From Flavobacteriales bacterium (GTDB lineage Bacteria > Bacteroidota > Bacteroidia > Flavobacteriales_F > PHOS-HE28): a stretch of DNA of 64,000 nt. The notes below the pieces were generated by a model that was not told the DNA's origin, did not search any database, and saw only the letters and a list, made by a program, of their open reading frames with translations. Shown here one piece after another: positions 30,659 to 44,228 of the stretch (position 1 is its first letter; each line of letters starts with the position of its first letter). The translations under genes and the position numbers were made by a program. The stretch is from assembly GCA_023957375.1 (NCBI GenBank), contig JAMLHB010000001.1, positions 1,154,245 to 1,218,244 of the forward strand. Reading direction: 5' to 3'.

Positions 30659-31945
30659 TCACATGTTCCCATGGTCGTGCCCCGCAGGCATGGGGCCACC
30701 CTGCGGCGACATCATGCTGGGCGCACCGCTCAATTGCGCGGCGGCATCCACCATGAACGTGCCATGGACCACGATCTCCTCACCGGCCTTCAGGCCGGAG
30801 GTGATCACCACATCGTCACCCATTACGGTGCCCAGCACCACCTCGCGCAAGCGGAACTGCCCTTCGCCCACACGGACGTACACCACCGAGCGCGGGCCGG
30901 TCCAGAGCACGGCGGTGCGCGGGACCGCCAAGGCCCCGGCATCGCCATGCCGGGGCTTCGCCTGTACGGTTCCGATGGCGAACATGCCCGGTTTCAATGC
31001 GCCTTGCGGATCGGCCAGCTCCATCCGGGCACGGGCCACGCGCGTTGCGGGGTCCACCATGGGGTCGATGAAGTCGATGCGGCCCTTGAAGGTCTTGCCG
31101 GGCAGGGAACGCACGGTGAACCGGACGGTATCGCCCTTCCGAATGCGGCCAAGGTCGCTCTCATAAAGGTCGAACAGGGCCCAAAGCCGGCTCAGGTCGG
31201 CCACTTCGTACAGCACATCGCCGCGCTTCACGTAGTCCCCGAGGTCCGTTTTCTTTTCCACCACCACGCCGCTTACGTCCGCCAGGATCGCCACCACGCC
31301 GTTCGCTGTTCCCGCCCTGATGATCGCATCGATCTGCGCATCGCTCAGCTTCCAGTTGCGCAGCTTTCCGCGCGCCGCGGCGTACAGGTAAGGCTGCGCT
31401 TCGCGCACGCGGTGGGCTTCCAGCAATTCCTCCTGCGCGGTCACCAGCTCGGGAGAGAACACCCGCGCCAGGACCTGTCCTTTCTGCACGGTCTCGCCGG
31501 TGAAGTTCACCAGCAATTCCTCCACCCGCCCCGCCACGTGCGAGGCCTGTGCATACACGCGCCGTTCATCCGGCACCACCTTTCCGGTCAGGCGCAGGCT
31601 GCCCGCACCTCCGCCCGTGCCCACCACCATGGTCTGCACGCTGGCGAGCTTCATGGCACTGGCCGTCATGTGAACGGACATCGGGTCCATATCCTCCTCC
31701 ATGGAGGCAAGCGGGATGAGGTCCATGCCGCAGATAGGGCAGGAGCCGGGCTCGTTCATGCGGATCTGCGGATGCATGGAGCAGGTCCAGATCTGGCCCG
31801 TTTCTCCGTGGTTCGCATGGGCCGCTGCGGATGATCCGGAAGAACCACCGCCGAAGAAGACCCGGCCGAGCAAGAGCCCTGCGATAAGGGCGATGCCGAC
31901 AAGCAACGCGGTGCGGTAACGGGAGAAGAAAGACTTGGTAGTCAT
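30659..31945 (-). CDS. cusB: Cu(I)/Ag(I) efflux RND periplasmic adaptor (CusB/CzcB family) with N-terminal heavy-metal-binding domain
   Basis: [28 protein letters not shown], then a membrane-fusion-protein barrel/lipoyl pattern, and a Met/His-rich C-terminus (…PQGGPMPAGHDHGNM). Confidence 0.85.
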   Translation of the reverse strand: MTTKSFFSRYRTALLVGIALIAGLLLGRVFFGGGSSGSSAAAHANHGETGQIWTCSMHPQIRMNEPGSCPICGMDLIPLASMEEDMDPMSVHMTASAMKLASVQTMVVGTGGGAGSLRLTGKVVPDERRVYAQASHVAGRVEELLVNFTGETVQKGQVLARVFSPELVTAQEELLEAHRVREAQPYLYAAARGKLRNWKLSDAQIDAIIRAGTANGVVAILADVSGVVVEKKTDLGDYVKRGDVLYEVADLSRLWALFDLYESDLGRIRKGDTVRFTVRSLPGKTFKGRIDFIDPMVDPATRVARARMELADPQGALKPGMFAIGTVQAKPRHGDAGALAVPRTAVLWTGPRSVVYVRVGEGQFRLREVVLGTVMGDDVVITSGLKAGEEIVVHGTFMVDAAAQLSGAPSMMSPQGGPMPAGHDHGNM

Positions 31946-32099
31946 GGTCGTGGAAGTTTGAATGGTCGTTGGAACTGTCTCCTTTTATCGGTGGGCGTGT
32001 ACTTGCGTTGCAATAGCTGCGGATGATGGCCCGGTACGCCCCTTGCATACCAGACCGATCGCATCCCGTCAGTGGAAAGTGTATCTGCCGACCGGCCCA

Positions 32100-32357
32100 T
32101 TACACCTCCTTCAAGTTCATTTTGCATACGGGGCAATTTCCTGCTTCCGTATAGGTTTTGTCGCCTTCGCACTTCATGGGGCATTGGTAAGTCGCCACTT
32201 GCTCATCGTGCGCATGTGCTGCACCATCGCTGTGGACTTCTTCCTGTTGGGCAGCATCCACTGCGGTGCCCGCTTCGTTGCCCGAAGTTCCGCATGCACT
32301 GAAAGCGATCAGCGCAAAGGCCATCAGGCCCATCTTGAACATGTTCCTCGTCTTCAT
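32100..32357 (-). CDS. small lipoprotein with heavy-metal-binding domain (HMBD)
   Basis: Lipobox (…FSAC), His-rich linker (AAHAHDE), then YQCPMKCEG…AGNCPVCKM. Confidence 0.65.
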   Translation of the reverse strand: MKTRNMFKMGLMAFALIAFSACGTSGNEAGTAVDAAQQEEVHSDGAAHAHDEQVATYQCPMKCEGDKTYTEAGNCPVCKMNLKEV

Positions 32358-32405
32358 CGTTGTTTGGTTTTTGGTTGTTGGTTGTTGTTACTTGGTTCTT
32401 TCGTG

Positions 32406-33634
32406 TCAAGGCCTCACGATCTGTTTGGCCGTGAGGTAGTCCAGTTGGGCAATGGCGGTGTGGTGTTCGCGCATGGCCGAGAGCCGCATAAGCCGGAAGC
32501 GCAATACTTGTTCCTGCATGCGCAGCACTTCCTCCAGGTCGTCGCCGCTGTTGCTGTACGCGTCCAGCAGCAGGTTCAGCGCTTGCTGGGCGATGCCGAT
32601 CTGCCGGTCCATCAGCTGCACGTTGAGCGCGGCCTTGTGTGCCTCGAAATAGGCCGTCTCGTAGGCGCTGCCCAGTTCGTTCGCGGTCTGTTGCCGCATC
32701 GCTTGCACGGCCTGCTCCAAGCTCTGTGCTTCCTCCACCGCGCTGCGGTATTTGTTGCGATAGATCGGCAGGCTCAGGCTCACCATGGGCATTACCTCGC
32801 CACTGCTCATGCCCGGCATCATCAGGGGCGAGCGCTTGTCCATCGCCATGTATTCCACGCCGAGCCCGAAGCGCGGCAGGCCCATCTTCCTCGCGGCCTC
32901 GGCCCGGGCCAATTCCGCGGATGCCTTTCGGTCCAGTTCGCCCAGTCGCGGGTTGTGCTCCAGGCTGTCCGTGGTATAGTTGGCCAGGTCCACGAGCTGC
33001 AAGCTGTCGCTCACGTCCACGATCACCGGCCCGGCATAGCCTACGGTGCTAGCGAAGGTGGCCTGCAAGGGCTTGCGCCGTTCTTCGAGGATCGCGATGT
33101 CGTTCTCTTCGGTGTTGATCAGGAGGTCGATGCGCAAGACGTCCACCATGCTCCCGGTGCCGCCCTTGAAGCGGGCCATGGCGAAGGCCCTGTAGCTGCG
33201 CAGGATGGCCAGGTCGTCCTTGGCAATGGCGATGTCGCGCCCCAGTTCATGCAAGGGGTAGTAGGCCACGCGGACCTTGTAGAAGAGCTCGTTCCGCGCA
33301 CTGAGGAAGGCCTCGTAACGTGCTTCGGCCTGGCGGTCGGCCACTTCCGCTTGCGCACCCAGCGTACCGAACCAGGGGAACATCTGCATCAGCGAGAAGC
33401 GCGCCCGTTCAGCGTTCATCAGCTTTTCCGGCGGCGTGAGGGAGAAACCCGCAGTGAGCGTTGGATCGGGCAAGCCCCGGACCTGGGCGGAACGCTTGAG
33501 CGCCGCTTGGAATTCCGCATAGCGCGCCTGTACAGCGGGGTTCAGTTCCGCGGCAGCGCGCAGGTGCGCGTCCAGGTCCTGCGCGGATGCTTGCGACAGC
33601 GCCAGGGAGCAGAGGAAAAGCAGGAGGATCGTTC

Positions 33635-33638
<4 letters not shown>
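32406..33638 (-). CDS. cusC: TolC-family outer-membrane efflux protein (CusC/CzcC)
   Basis: Signal peptide followed by the two-repeat OEP helical/beta pattern. Overlaps cusA by 4 nt. Confidence 0.8.
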
Positions 33639-37435
<3,797 letters not shown>

Positions 37436-37468
37436 GGGTCAAGGGGGAATGGCATCGGGGATCAACGA

Positions 37469-38035
37469 TCAATGGTGGTGGTCCTCGTCGTGGTCGTCAT
37501 CATCATCATCATGGTGGTGGTCCCCGTCGTGGTGATCTCCATCGTGGTCCTCGTCCACGTCCCCGCCGTGATGGTGGTGATGGTGACCTTCCACTACCTC
37601 CGGAGCCAGTATCGCAGGGTCCACACCTGCACCGCCGCGATACACGATCCAAGCGCCGAGGTAGGAGCCCACGATCAGCAGCATCGCCGCCGACACTGAG
37701 AGGAAGAGGGACTGCGGGGTGGCCAAGCTTTTTCTGCGCTTCCAACGCAGCAGGCACATCAGCCCGAACACGCCGATGGCGATCGACTGGATCCAGATGT
37801 GCCAGGTCATCCGCTCATGCGCCGCTTCCGTGTGGGCGGGCACCGTGTAGTAGGCCATGATGCCGGTGATGATGGTCAAGAGGCCCATGATCACGCCCGC
37901 CACCATCAGCCCGAACGCCACGCGCGCCAGGTCCTCCCGTTGCTTTCGCCAACCGTAGAGGTCGAGTATCACGCCGCTCAACAGCAAGGCGATCGGAAAG
38001 TGTACGAATGCCGGATGAAGTTCCCAGGTGTTCAT
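37469..38035 (-). CDS. DUF2231-like membrane protein with His/Asp-rich C-terminal tail
   Basis: 4-TM core (start MNTWELHPAFVHFPIALL) and a 45-aa tail HHHHHHGGDVDEDHDGDHHDGDHHHDDDDDDHDEDHHH. Positioned as the first gene of the cus transcription unit. Confidence 0.6.
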   Translation of the reverse strand: MNTWELHPAFVHFPIALLLSGVILDLYGWRKQREDLARVAFGLMVAGVIMGLLTIITGIMAYYTVPAHTEAAHERMTWHIWIQSIAIGVFGLMCLLRWKRRKSLATPQSLFLSVSAAMLLIVGSYLGAWIVYRGGAGVDPAILAPEVVEGHHHHHHGGDVDEDHDGDHHDGDHHHDDDDDDHDEDHHH

Positions 38036-38060
38036 GGTCGTTCGGGTTATTGGTTGGTGT

Positions 38061-38288
38061 TCAGTCGACGGGTTGGAGGAACATGCCGCACTTCGAGCAT
38101 TTGTCCCCTTCCTTGCCGGTGACCTCCGGGTGCATCGGGCAGGCGTATGCCAATTCCTCGGATGCTTGCGTGGCGGTGCTGTCGCCCGTTGCATGGGCAG
38201 GGACTTGTTCGTTGGTGGAGGTGGGGCTGCCACAAGCGGTCCACGTGGTGGCGGCCAGGGCGAGAATGATCAGGCTGTACTTGGTCAT
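38061..38288 (-). CDS. lipoprotein with heavy-metal-binding domain (HMBD)
   Basis: MTKYSLIILALAATTWTACGS lipobox, then YACPMHPEV…CSKCGM. Confidence 0.6.
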   Translation of the reverse strand: MTKYSLIILALAATTWTACGSPTSTNEQVPAHATGDSTATQASEELAYACPMHPEVTGKEGDKCSKCGMFLQPVD

Positions 38289-38447
38289 GGTCGTGTTGTA
38301 TTGGTCCGTTGAGGGGCACCATATGTGCCTTCTGCGGTTCCCGCAGGGAAGTCGCTCAATCGTCGTAAGTGAATGGAAAGGGCACGGGAAAGCGCGATGG
38401 GCCATGCCATCATGCGCAACGGACCATGGGGCCCGCAGATTCGATCC

Positions 38448-38843
38448 TTAGACGCGGAAAACCTGAAGGTCCGCCAAACGGGCGCTCATGGAGCGAGGAG
38501 GGCGGTACTGTGGCCTTGCTGAAAAGGTGTGCCCGGAACGAGGTGCGACGGTCACTGTTCCCCAAGCGACCACTATGGCCTGCACTGGAGCAGGTGCTAC
38601 GACCTTATCGAAGATGAATGTTGGAATCTCAGCTTGCACGCTGAAGAACTCACAGCAGTTAAAGCTCAGATGTGGATCCGTACTCTCAGGGGTCGGACAG
38701 CAATCACGGGCATCGCCAATCTGAACCGAACTGCGCCCGCTGGAAGTGCAGGTCATCCGTGAAAGCTTTGGAGCCACCGTTGCCAGCAATAGCAACAGCA
38801 CCAAGGGCCACAGGGCCGATCGCCGCTTTCTGATGGATGACAT
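38448..38843 (-). CDS. possible small secreted cysteine-rich protein
   Basis: In a low-GC (~50%) patch: MSSIRKRRSALWPLVLLLLLATVAPK signal peptide, then 8 Cys including CC pairs. Embedded in a longer GC-shadow ORF, so weak. Confidence 0.3.
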   Translation of the reverse strand: MSSIRKRRSALWPLVLLLLLATVAPKLSRMTCTSSGRSSVQIGDARDCCPTPESTDPHLSFNCCEFFSVQAEIPTFIFDKVVAPAPVQAIVVAWGTVTVAPRSGHTFSARPQYRPPRSMSARLADLQVFRV

Positions 38844-39048
38844 CTTCCACATACGGTAGCCAAGGTATTGCGAAATGGACAGAAGGAGTTCCTTTTTGCT
38901 GCGAGGCTTGGAATTGCAGCGGCACCGGAAACGTGTTCCAAATACCCGCATCCCCGGATGTGGGCAGAAGGCGAAGGACGAAAGCTTCACCTTCGGGGCC
39001 GCATTCGAACCAGCTGGACAATTAGAACAATTTAACGTACTTCGCCGC

Positions 39049-40134
39049 ATGAGAATGAACGGACGCAACCCGGTGCTTCTGCTCTGCGCAGGCTTGTTCA
39101 CGCTGTACGCTTGCCAACGTGATGCGGAACAGGCGCAACCTGCCGGTGAGGAATGGAACGGCCCCACGCCCTATCAGTTGTCCTTTCCCGAATGGGCCAC
39201 GGACGCCTCACATGTGTTGATGATGCCCGCGGACAACCCCTTGACGGAGGAAGGGGTCGCGCTGGGCCGGAAGTTGTTTTATGAGAAAGCACTATCCAAC
39301 GATTACTCGATGTCCTGCGCCACCTGCCACCAGCAGGATCATGCATTCACGGATCCGAGGGTCGTTTCCCTGGGCACGGACGGCTCCCCCGGACGGCGGA
39401 ATTCCATGGCCATCGTGAACCCCGCATGGGACCAATTCTTTTTCTGGGACGGCCGCGCGCCCAGCCTGGAGATGCAGGCCTTCGGTCCCGTGGCCAATCC
39501 GGTGGAAATGCACAACACCTGGCCCGAAGTGGTGGATCGCTTGGCCGCGGATCCCGTGTATCCCTTGCTGTTCGAACACGCCTTCGGATCGCCCGGCGTG
39601 GACAGCATGCGCGTGGTGAAAGCGATCGCACAGTTCGAACGGACGTTCATCTCCTTCAACTCCCGCTTCGACCGATTCGAGTACGGCGGGGACAGCACCG
39701 CGTTGACCGCGCAGGAACAGGCCGGAAGGAACTTGTTCTTCGATGGCGCCCATTGCAACATCTGCCATGTGGCCCCCTTCTTCTCGGACAACCGCATGTT
39801 CAACATCGGTTCAACGGTGGGCTTCGGGGACCTGGGCCAGGAGGAAGCGACGGGGCAGCACTCCGATTTCGGCAAGTTCAAGAACACCACCCTCCGCAAC
39901 ATAGAGGTCACGGCGCCTTACATGCACGATGGCCGTTTTGCGACCTTGGAAGAGGTGGTGGATTTCTACGCGGACTCCATCGTCTCCTCGCCCGGCCTGG
40001 ACAACCACATGTTCCCCTTCCTCAATGGAGGGACCCCGCTCGACGCCGCGGACCGCGCGGCCTTGGTGGCGTTCATGAAGACGCTTACGGACACGGAGTT
40101 CCTGAACAACCCGGCGTACTCGGATCCCAATTGA
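39049..40134 (+). CDS. ccp: di-haem cytochrome c peroxidase (CCP/MauG family)
   Basis: Two CxxCH haem sites (CATCH, CNICH) and the conserved …FFFWDGRAPSLE… and …PYMHDGRFATLEEVVDFY… blocks. Lipoprotein-type signal (LLCAGLFTLYAC). Confidence 0.8.
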   Translation: MRMNGRNPVLLLCAGLFTLYACQRDAEQAQPAGEEWNGPTPYQLSFPEWATDASHVLMMPADNPLTEEGVALGRKLFYEKALSNDYSMSCATCHQQDHAFTDPRVVSLGTDGSPGRRNSMAIVNPAWDQFFFWDGRAPSLEMQAFGPVANPVEMHNTWPEVVDRLAADPVYPLLFEHAFGSPGVDSMRVVKAIAQFERTFISFNSRFDRFEYGGDSTALTAQEQAGRNLFFDGAHCNICHVAPFFSDNRMFNIGSTVGFGDLGQEEATGQHSDFGKFKNTTLRNIEVTAPYMHDGRFATLEEVVDFYADSIVSSPGLDNHMFPFLNGGTPLDAADRAALVAFMKTLTDTEFLNNPAYSDPN

Positions 40135-40183
40135 GGGGTGAGCGATAACGCTCACTTCAACTTCTTCCCCCGCGATCATGAAC

Positions 40184-40385
40184 GCGCTCGGCTATTTGCC
40201 GAGCGCATGATCGCTTAGGGCCTCCGGCCTGTCCCATCCTCGCAATGCACGCGCTCGGCTATTTGCCGATCGCGTGATCGCTTAGGGCCTCCGGCCTGTC
40301 CCATCCTCTTCGGATATGCACATGAGCAAGGCGGGCCGGAGGCCCTAGCAGCCTACTCACTCGGCAAAATAGCCGAGCGAGTGTG
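40184..40385. repeat. cluster of hairpin-forming repeats (two direct ~60-bp copies plus one inverted partial copy)
   Basis: CGCGCTCGGCTATTTGCCGAGCGCATGATCGCTTAGGGCCTCCGGCCTGTCCCATCCTC occurs at ~40184 and ~40248. An inverted partial copy (GGCCGGAGGCCCTAG…CTCGGCAAAATAGCCGAGCG) lies at ~40335–40384. Confidence 0.6.
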
Positions 40386-40402
40386 GGGAGTGCGGAGGGG
40401 AT

Positions 40403-43168
40403 TCAGTCGTCGAACCGCTTTCCCCGCAGGCGCAAGGAATTCGAGATCACGCTCACGCTACTGAAGCTCATGGCCGCAGCGGCGATGATGGGCGAGAGCA
40501 GCCAGCCGAACACCGGGTACAGCAGTCCGGCGGCGATGGGGATGCCCAAGGCGTTGTAGCCGAAGGCGAAGAAGAGGTTCTGCTTGATGTTGCGCATCAC
40601 GGCCTGCGAGAGGCGGCGTGCGCGCAGGATGCCGGTGAGGTCGCCCTTCACCAGGGTGATGCCCGCGCTTTCCATGGCCACATCGGTGCCGTGCCCCATG
40701 GCGATGCCCACGTCGGCGGCGGCCAGTGCGGGCGCATCGTTCACGCCGTCGCCGGCCATGGCCACGATGCGGCCTTCCTGCTGGAGACGTTGCACCACGG
40801 CGCTCTTCCGCTCGGGCAGCACGCCGGCCTCCACTTCCGTGATGCCGAGGCGCTTGGCAACTGCATCGGCGGTTCCCTGTGCATCGCCGGTCAGCATGAC
40901 GATGTGCAGCCCTTGCTTCCGCAGGCCGTCCAACGCTTTTGCGGTGGTGGGCTTGATCGCATCGGCGATGGCCAGCATGCCCGCGACCTTGTCATCGATG
41001 CCGACGAAGATCACCGTGGCGCCTTCACGCCTGCGGTCCGCCGCCAGTTTGGAATGCCGCTCCGTATCGATCGCATGCTCCTTCAGGAAATCCGCGCTGC
41101 CGAGGAGCACGCGCTTGCCTTCCACCGTGCCCATCACGCCTTTGCCTGTGGGCGAATCGAAATCTGTGACGGCCGGCACTTGTACCTCCTTCTCGCGCGC
41201 CACACTGACGATGGCCTTGGCATACGGATGCTCGGAAAGCCGCTCCACCGCTGCGGAGAAGCGCAATACTTCCTCTTCCGTAAACCCTTCTTCCGGAAAG
41301 ACATGCGTGAGGCTCGGCTTGCCTTCGGTGAGCGTGCCGGTCTTGTCCACCACCAGCGTATCCACCTTCTCCATGCGTTCCAGCGCTTCCGCATCGTGGA
41401 TCAGCACGCCCATGCCGGCGCCTTTCCCCACGCCCACCATGATGCTCATCGGCGTGGCCAGGCCCAATGCGCACGGGCATGCGATGATGAGCACGGACAC
41501 CGCGGCAACCAGCGCGTAAGTGAAGCGCGGCTCAGGTCCCACGAACATCCAGACGATGAAGATGAGCACGGCCACGCCGATCACGATCGGCACGAACCAG
41601 CCGGAAACCTTGTCGGCCATGCGCTGGATCGGTGCGCGGGAACGCTGGGCGGAGGCCACGAGATGCACGATGCGCGAGAGCACCGTATCGGCGCCCACTT
41701 TTCCCGCCTTCACCACCAAGGCGCCGGAGCTGTTCATGGTGCCACCGATCACGGCATCGCCCACGGTGCGGGTCACCGGCATGGATTCGCCGGTGATCAT
41801 GCTCTCGTCGATGGAGGAACGTCCTTCCAGCACTTCGCCGTCCACCGGCACTTTTTCCCCGGGCCGCACACGGAGACGATCGCCCACCGTGATGCTGTCC
41901 AGGGCCACTTCCTCGTCCGTGCCATCCGCATTGATGCGCATCGCGGTGGTGGGTGCCAGGTCCAGCAAGGCCTTGATGGCGCCGGACGTGCTTTCGCGTG
42001 CACGCAGCTCCAGCACTTGGCCCAGCAGCACCAGCACGGTGATCACGGCCGCGGCCTCGAAGTAGACGCCCACCACGCCCGGCGCGACATGGAATGCCTC
42101 CGGGAAGAGGCCCGGTGCGAACAGCGCGACCACGCTGTAGAGCCACGCTACGCCCACGCCCATGGCGATCAGCGTGAACATGTTGAGGTTGCGGTTGACC
42201 ACGGAAGCCCAACCGCGTTGCAGCAAGGGCCAACCCGCCCAGAGCACCACGGGCGTGGCCAGGATGAACTGGATCCACGCGGAGAGTTGCGGCGAAACGA
42301 TGTGATGCAACGCCGGGAAGATGTGCGATCCCATCTCCAGCACGAACACCGGGATGGAGAGCGCCACGCCGATCCAGAACCGACGCGTCATGTCGATCAG
42401 CTCCTCGTTGGGACCGGTGTCCGCGCTGTACACTTCCGGCTCCAGCGCCATGCCGCAGATGGGGCAGCTGCCCGGGCCCACCTGCCGGATCTCCGGATGC
42501 ATGGGGCAGGTGTAGATGGCCTCCTTGTTCACTGGCACTGCCGTGGCCGCATGCTGTTCAGGATGCAGGTAGCGCTCGGGATCGGCCTCGAATTTCGTTT
42601 TGCATCCGGCGGAACAGAAGTAATGGGAATGGCCGGCGTGTTCCGTGGAATACTTCGCCGTCTTCGGGTCCACGTCCATGCCGCAGACGAGGTCCTTCAC
42701 CTTGTTTCCTGTGGAAGAAGATGGTCCCGTGAGGTAGTGTTCCGGATCGGCCTCGAACTTCGTTTTGCAACCGGCGGAACAGAAGTAGTAGGTATGGCCC
42801 GCATGCGTAGTGGAATGCTTGGCGGTCTTCGGGTCCACGTCCATGCCGCAGACGGGGTCTCTCACCTTTTGCCCTGCGGAACCGGCGACTGGCAGGTACT
42901 GGGCGGGATCGACCTCGAACTTGGCCTTGCAACCCGCCGAACAGAAGTAATAGGTGTGCCCTGCGTGTTCGCTGGAATGCGTGGCGGTCTTCGGGTCCAC
43001 GTCCATGCCGCAGACCAAGTCCTTCACCTTGCCCTTGCCGATGGCGGGCATGGGGGGCAGCGCCGGTTCCATCCCTGTTCCGCAGCAACTGCCGCCGGAC
43101 TTCGCTTCGTGGGTGTGGCTTTCGCCGTGTTTCTTCTCCATGTCATCCTGGATCGCAGCACAAAGCAC
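40403..43168 (-). CDS. copA: copper-translocating P1B-type ATPase with three N-terminal YHS/TRASH modules and one HMBD
   Basis: Three [11 protein letters not shown]…HAGH(T/S)YYFCSAGCK modules plus YTCPMHPEI…CPICGM. Then CPC ([12 protein letters not shown]), [13 protein letters not shown], and the Cu-type TM motifs GYNALGIP and MSFSSVS. Confidence 0.9.
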   Translation of the reverse strand: MLCAAIQDDMEKKHGESHTHEAKSGGSCCGTGMEPALPPMPAIGKGKVKDLVCGMDVDPKTATHSSEHAGHTYYFCSAGCKAKFEVDPAQYLPVAGSAGQKVRDPVCGMDVDPKTAKHSTTHAGHTYYFCSAGCKTKFEADPEHYLTGPSSSTGNKVKDLVCGMDVDPKTAKYSTEHAGHSHYFCSAGCKTKFEADPERYLHPEQHAATAVPVNKEAIYTCPMHPEIRQVGPGSCPICGMALEPEVYSADTGPNEELIDMTRRFWIGVALSIPVFVLEMGSHIFPALHHIVSPQLSAWIQFILATPVVLWAGWPLLQRGWASVVNRNLNMFTLIAMGVGVAWLYSVVALFAPGLFPEAFHVAPGVVGVYFEAAAVITVLVLLGQVLELRARESTSGAIKALLDLAPTTAMRINADGTDEEVALDSITVGDRLRVRPGEKVPVDGEVLEGRSSIDESMITGESMPVTRTVGDAVIGGTMNSSGALVVKAGKVGADTVLSRIVHLVASAQRSRAPIQRMADKVSGWFVPIVIGVAVLIFIVWMFVGPEPRFTYALVAAVSVLIIACPCALGLATPMSIMVGVGKGAGMGVLIHDAEALERMEKVDTLVVDKTGTLTEGKPSLTHVFPEEGFTEEEVLRFSAAVERLSEHPYAKAIVSVAREKEVQVPAVTDFDSPTGKGVMGTVEGKRVLLGSADFLKEHAIDTERHSKLAADRRREGATVIFVGIDDKVAGMLAIADAIKPTTAKALDGLRKQGLHIVMLTGDAQGTADAVAKRLGITEVEAGVLPERKSAVVQRLQQEGRIVAMAGDGVNDAPALAAADVGIAMGHGTDVAMESAGITLVKGDLTGILRARRLSQAVMRNIKQNLFFAFGYNALGIPIAAGLLYPVFGWLLSPIIAAAAMSFSSVSVISNSLRLRGKRFDD

Positions 43169-43565
43169 GGTACTGCGGGGGTATTTGGGGTTACAGGATT
43201 ATGGGGAAGGGTTATATCGTGGGGGTTGGGGCGGGTTCTTGGGGTGCTGGGTTATGGATGCGGCTGCGTCAGTTTCGCAAGGCGGAGCTTTTTCAGGATG
43301 CTGCGTTCAAGCGTTCGGTGCTGATGCAACCCTGCATATATGGAACTGAAACACAAATTGCCGGTCATGTCCCGCCGAGTTCACGCCATCGAAATGGCAT
43401 GGGCCACAGGGATCCGGTACCAGTCTTGCCCCAGCGCAAGGGCCAGGTCCTTCGGCGATGGCAGGTAGGCCACCAGCACGTTGTTCTTTTCCGTATCGAG
43501 GATGATCTCGTGCATGGTGGGGGCTATGTGTTTCACAAAAAGGGGATAAGTATCATATCGGGCTA

Positions 43566-43627
43566 CCCCCCACTGAACTCCCCCCGCCAGCATCTCCGCC
43601 TGCCGCAGCACCAGGTCCGTGGCCAGC
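43566..43627. repeat. ~60-bp remnant of the hsdR 3' end (third copy)
   Basis: CCCCACTGAACTCCCCCCGCCAGCATCTCCGCCTGCCGCAGCACCAGGTCCGTGGCCAGC matches the 3' terminus of the 27277 copy, including its specific C-terminal codons. The chimeric ORF 43381–43611 reads through it. Confidence 0.65.
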
Positions 43628-43739
43628 TACGGTATCCGGCGGGCAGCCAGCGTATAGCAGGGTCCATCTATACACCCTGCGATGACTCGAAGGGAGGGTA
43701 GGTCTCTTGGATGAGACCCAACCGCGGATAAAGCATTCG

Positions 43740-44228
43740 CTACTTCCCGTATTTCTCTTTCAACTCGAGCTTCTTGATGCGCGAAGCGATCGCGCCTGGA
43801 TCGCGTCCGAAGATCACCGCGAGTTCCTTGTTCTTCTTGCCTTCGCAATACAGCTGCTCCAAGCGTGTATCATCCTCAGCCGTCCATCGCGCGTAGGCAT
43901 GCGGATGCTTCTCGCGGATCACTTCGACACTGTACGCCTTGTCGTCCCCCATGGTGAACGATTTCTTCTTGAACGCGTGCGCCATCAAGCGCCGTACAGC
44001 ATCCGCCATCGCCTCCAGCAGGTCCTCCGCGTGGTCCTTATCCACCATGATGTGGCTGTGCTCGAAGCGCTTGCCGGACTGCGTGCTCTCCGAAAGTTTC
44101 AAGTACGGCTCACCGCTCTTTGTTTCCTGCACATCCACGAAGTAGGTCTTGAGACCGGCGCGGAGGCGGGTGCTGTAGATCTCTTTGTCAGGCATCTTGT
44201 ACTGTATTGGTTCAATTCGCGAATTCAT
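43740..44228 (-). CDS. DUF3276 (PUR-alpha-like) family protein with extra C-terminal HTH-like region
   Basis: …KEIYSTRLRAGLKTYFVDVQETKSGEPYLKLSES… is the Bacteroidota-specific DUF3276 pattern. The C-terminal 50 aa (TAEDDTRLEQLY…IASRIKKLEL) resemble a sigma-region-4-like HTH. Overlaps the hsdR stop by 17 nt. Confidence 0.6.
   Translation of the reverse strand: MNSRIEPIQYKMPDKEIYSTRLRAGLKTYFVDVQETKSGEPYLKLSESTQSGKRFEHSHIMVDKDHAEDLLEAMADAVRRLMAHAFKKKSFTMGDDKAYSVEVIREKHPHAYARWTAEDDTRLEQLYCEGKKNKELAVIFGRDPGAIASRIKKLELKEKYGK

Noticed and set aside
40584-43324. 877-aa and 311-aa plus-strand ORFs across copA
   Set aside because: Antisense shadow ORFs. The copA frame has all P-type ATPase motifs.
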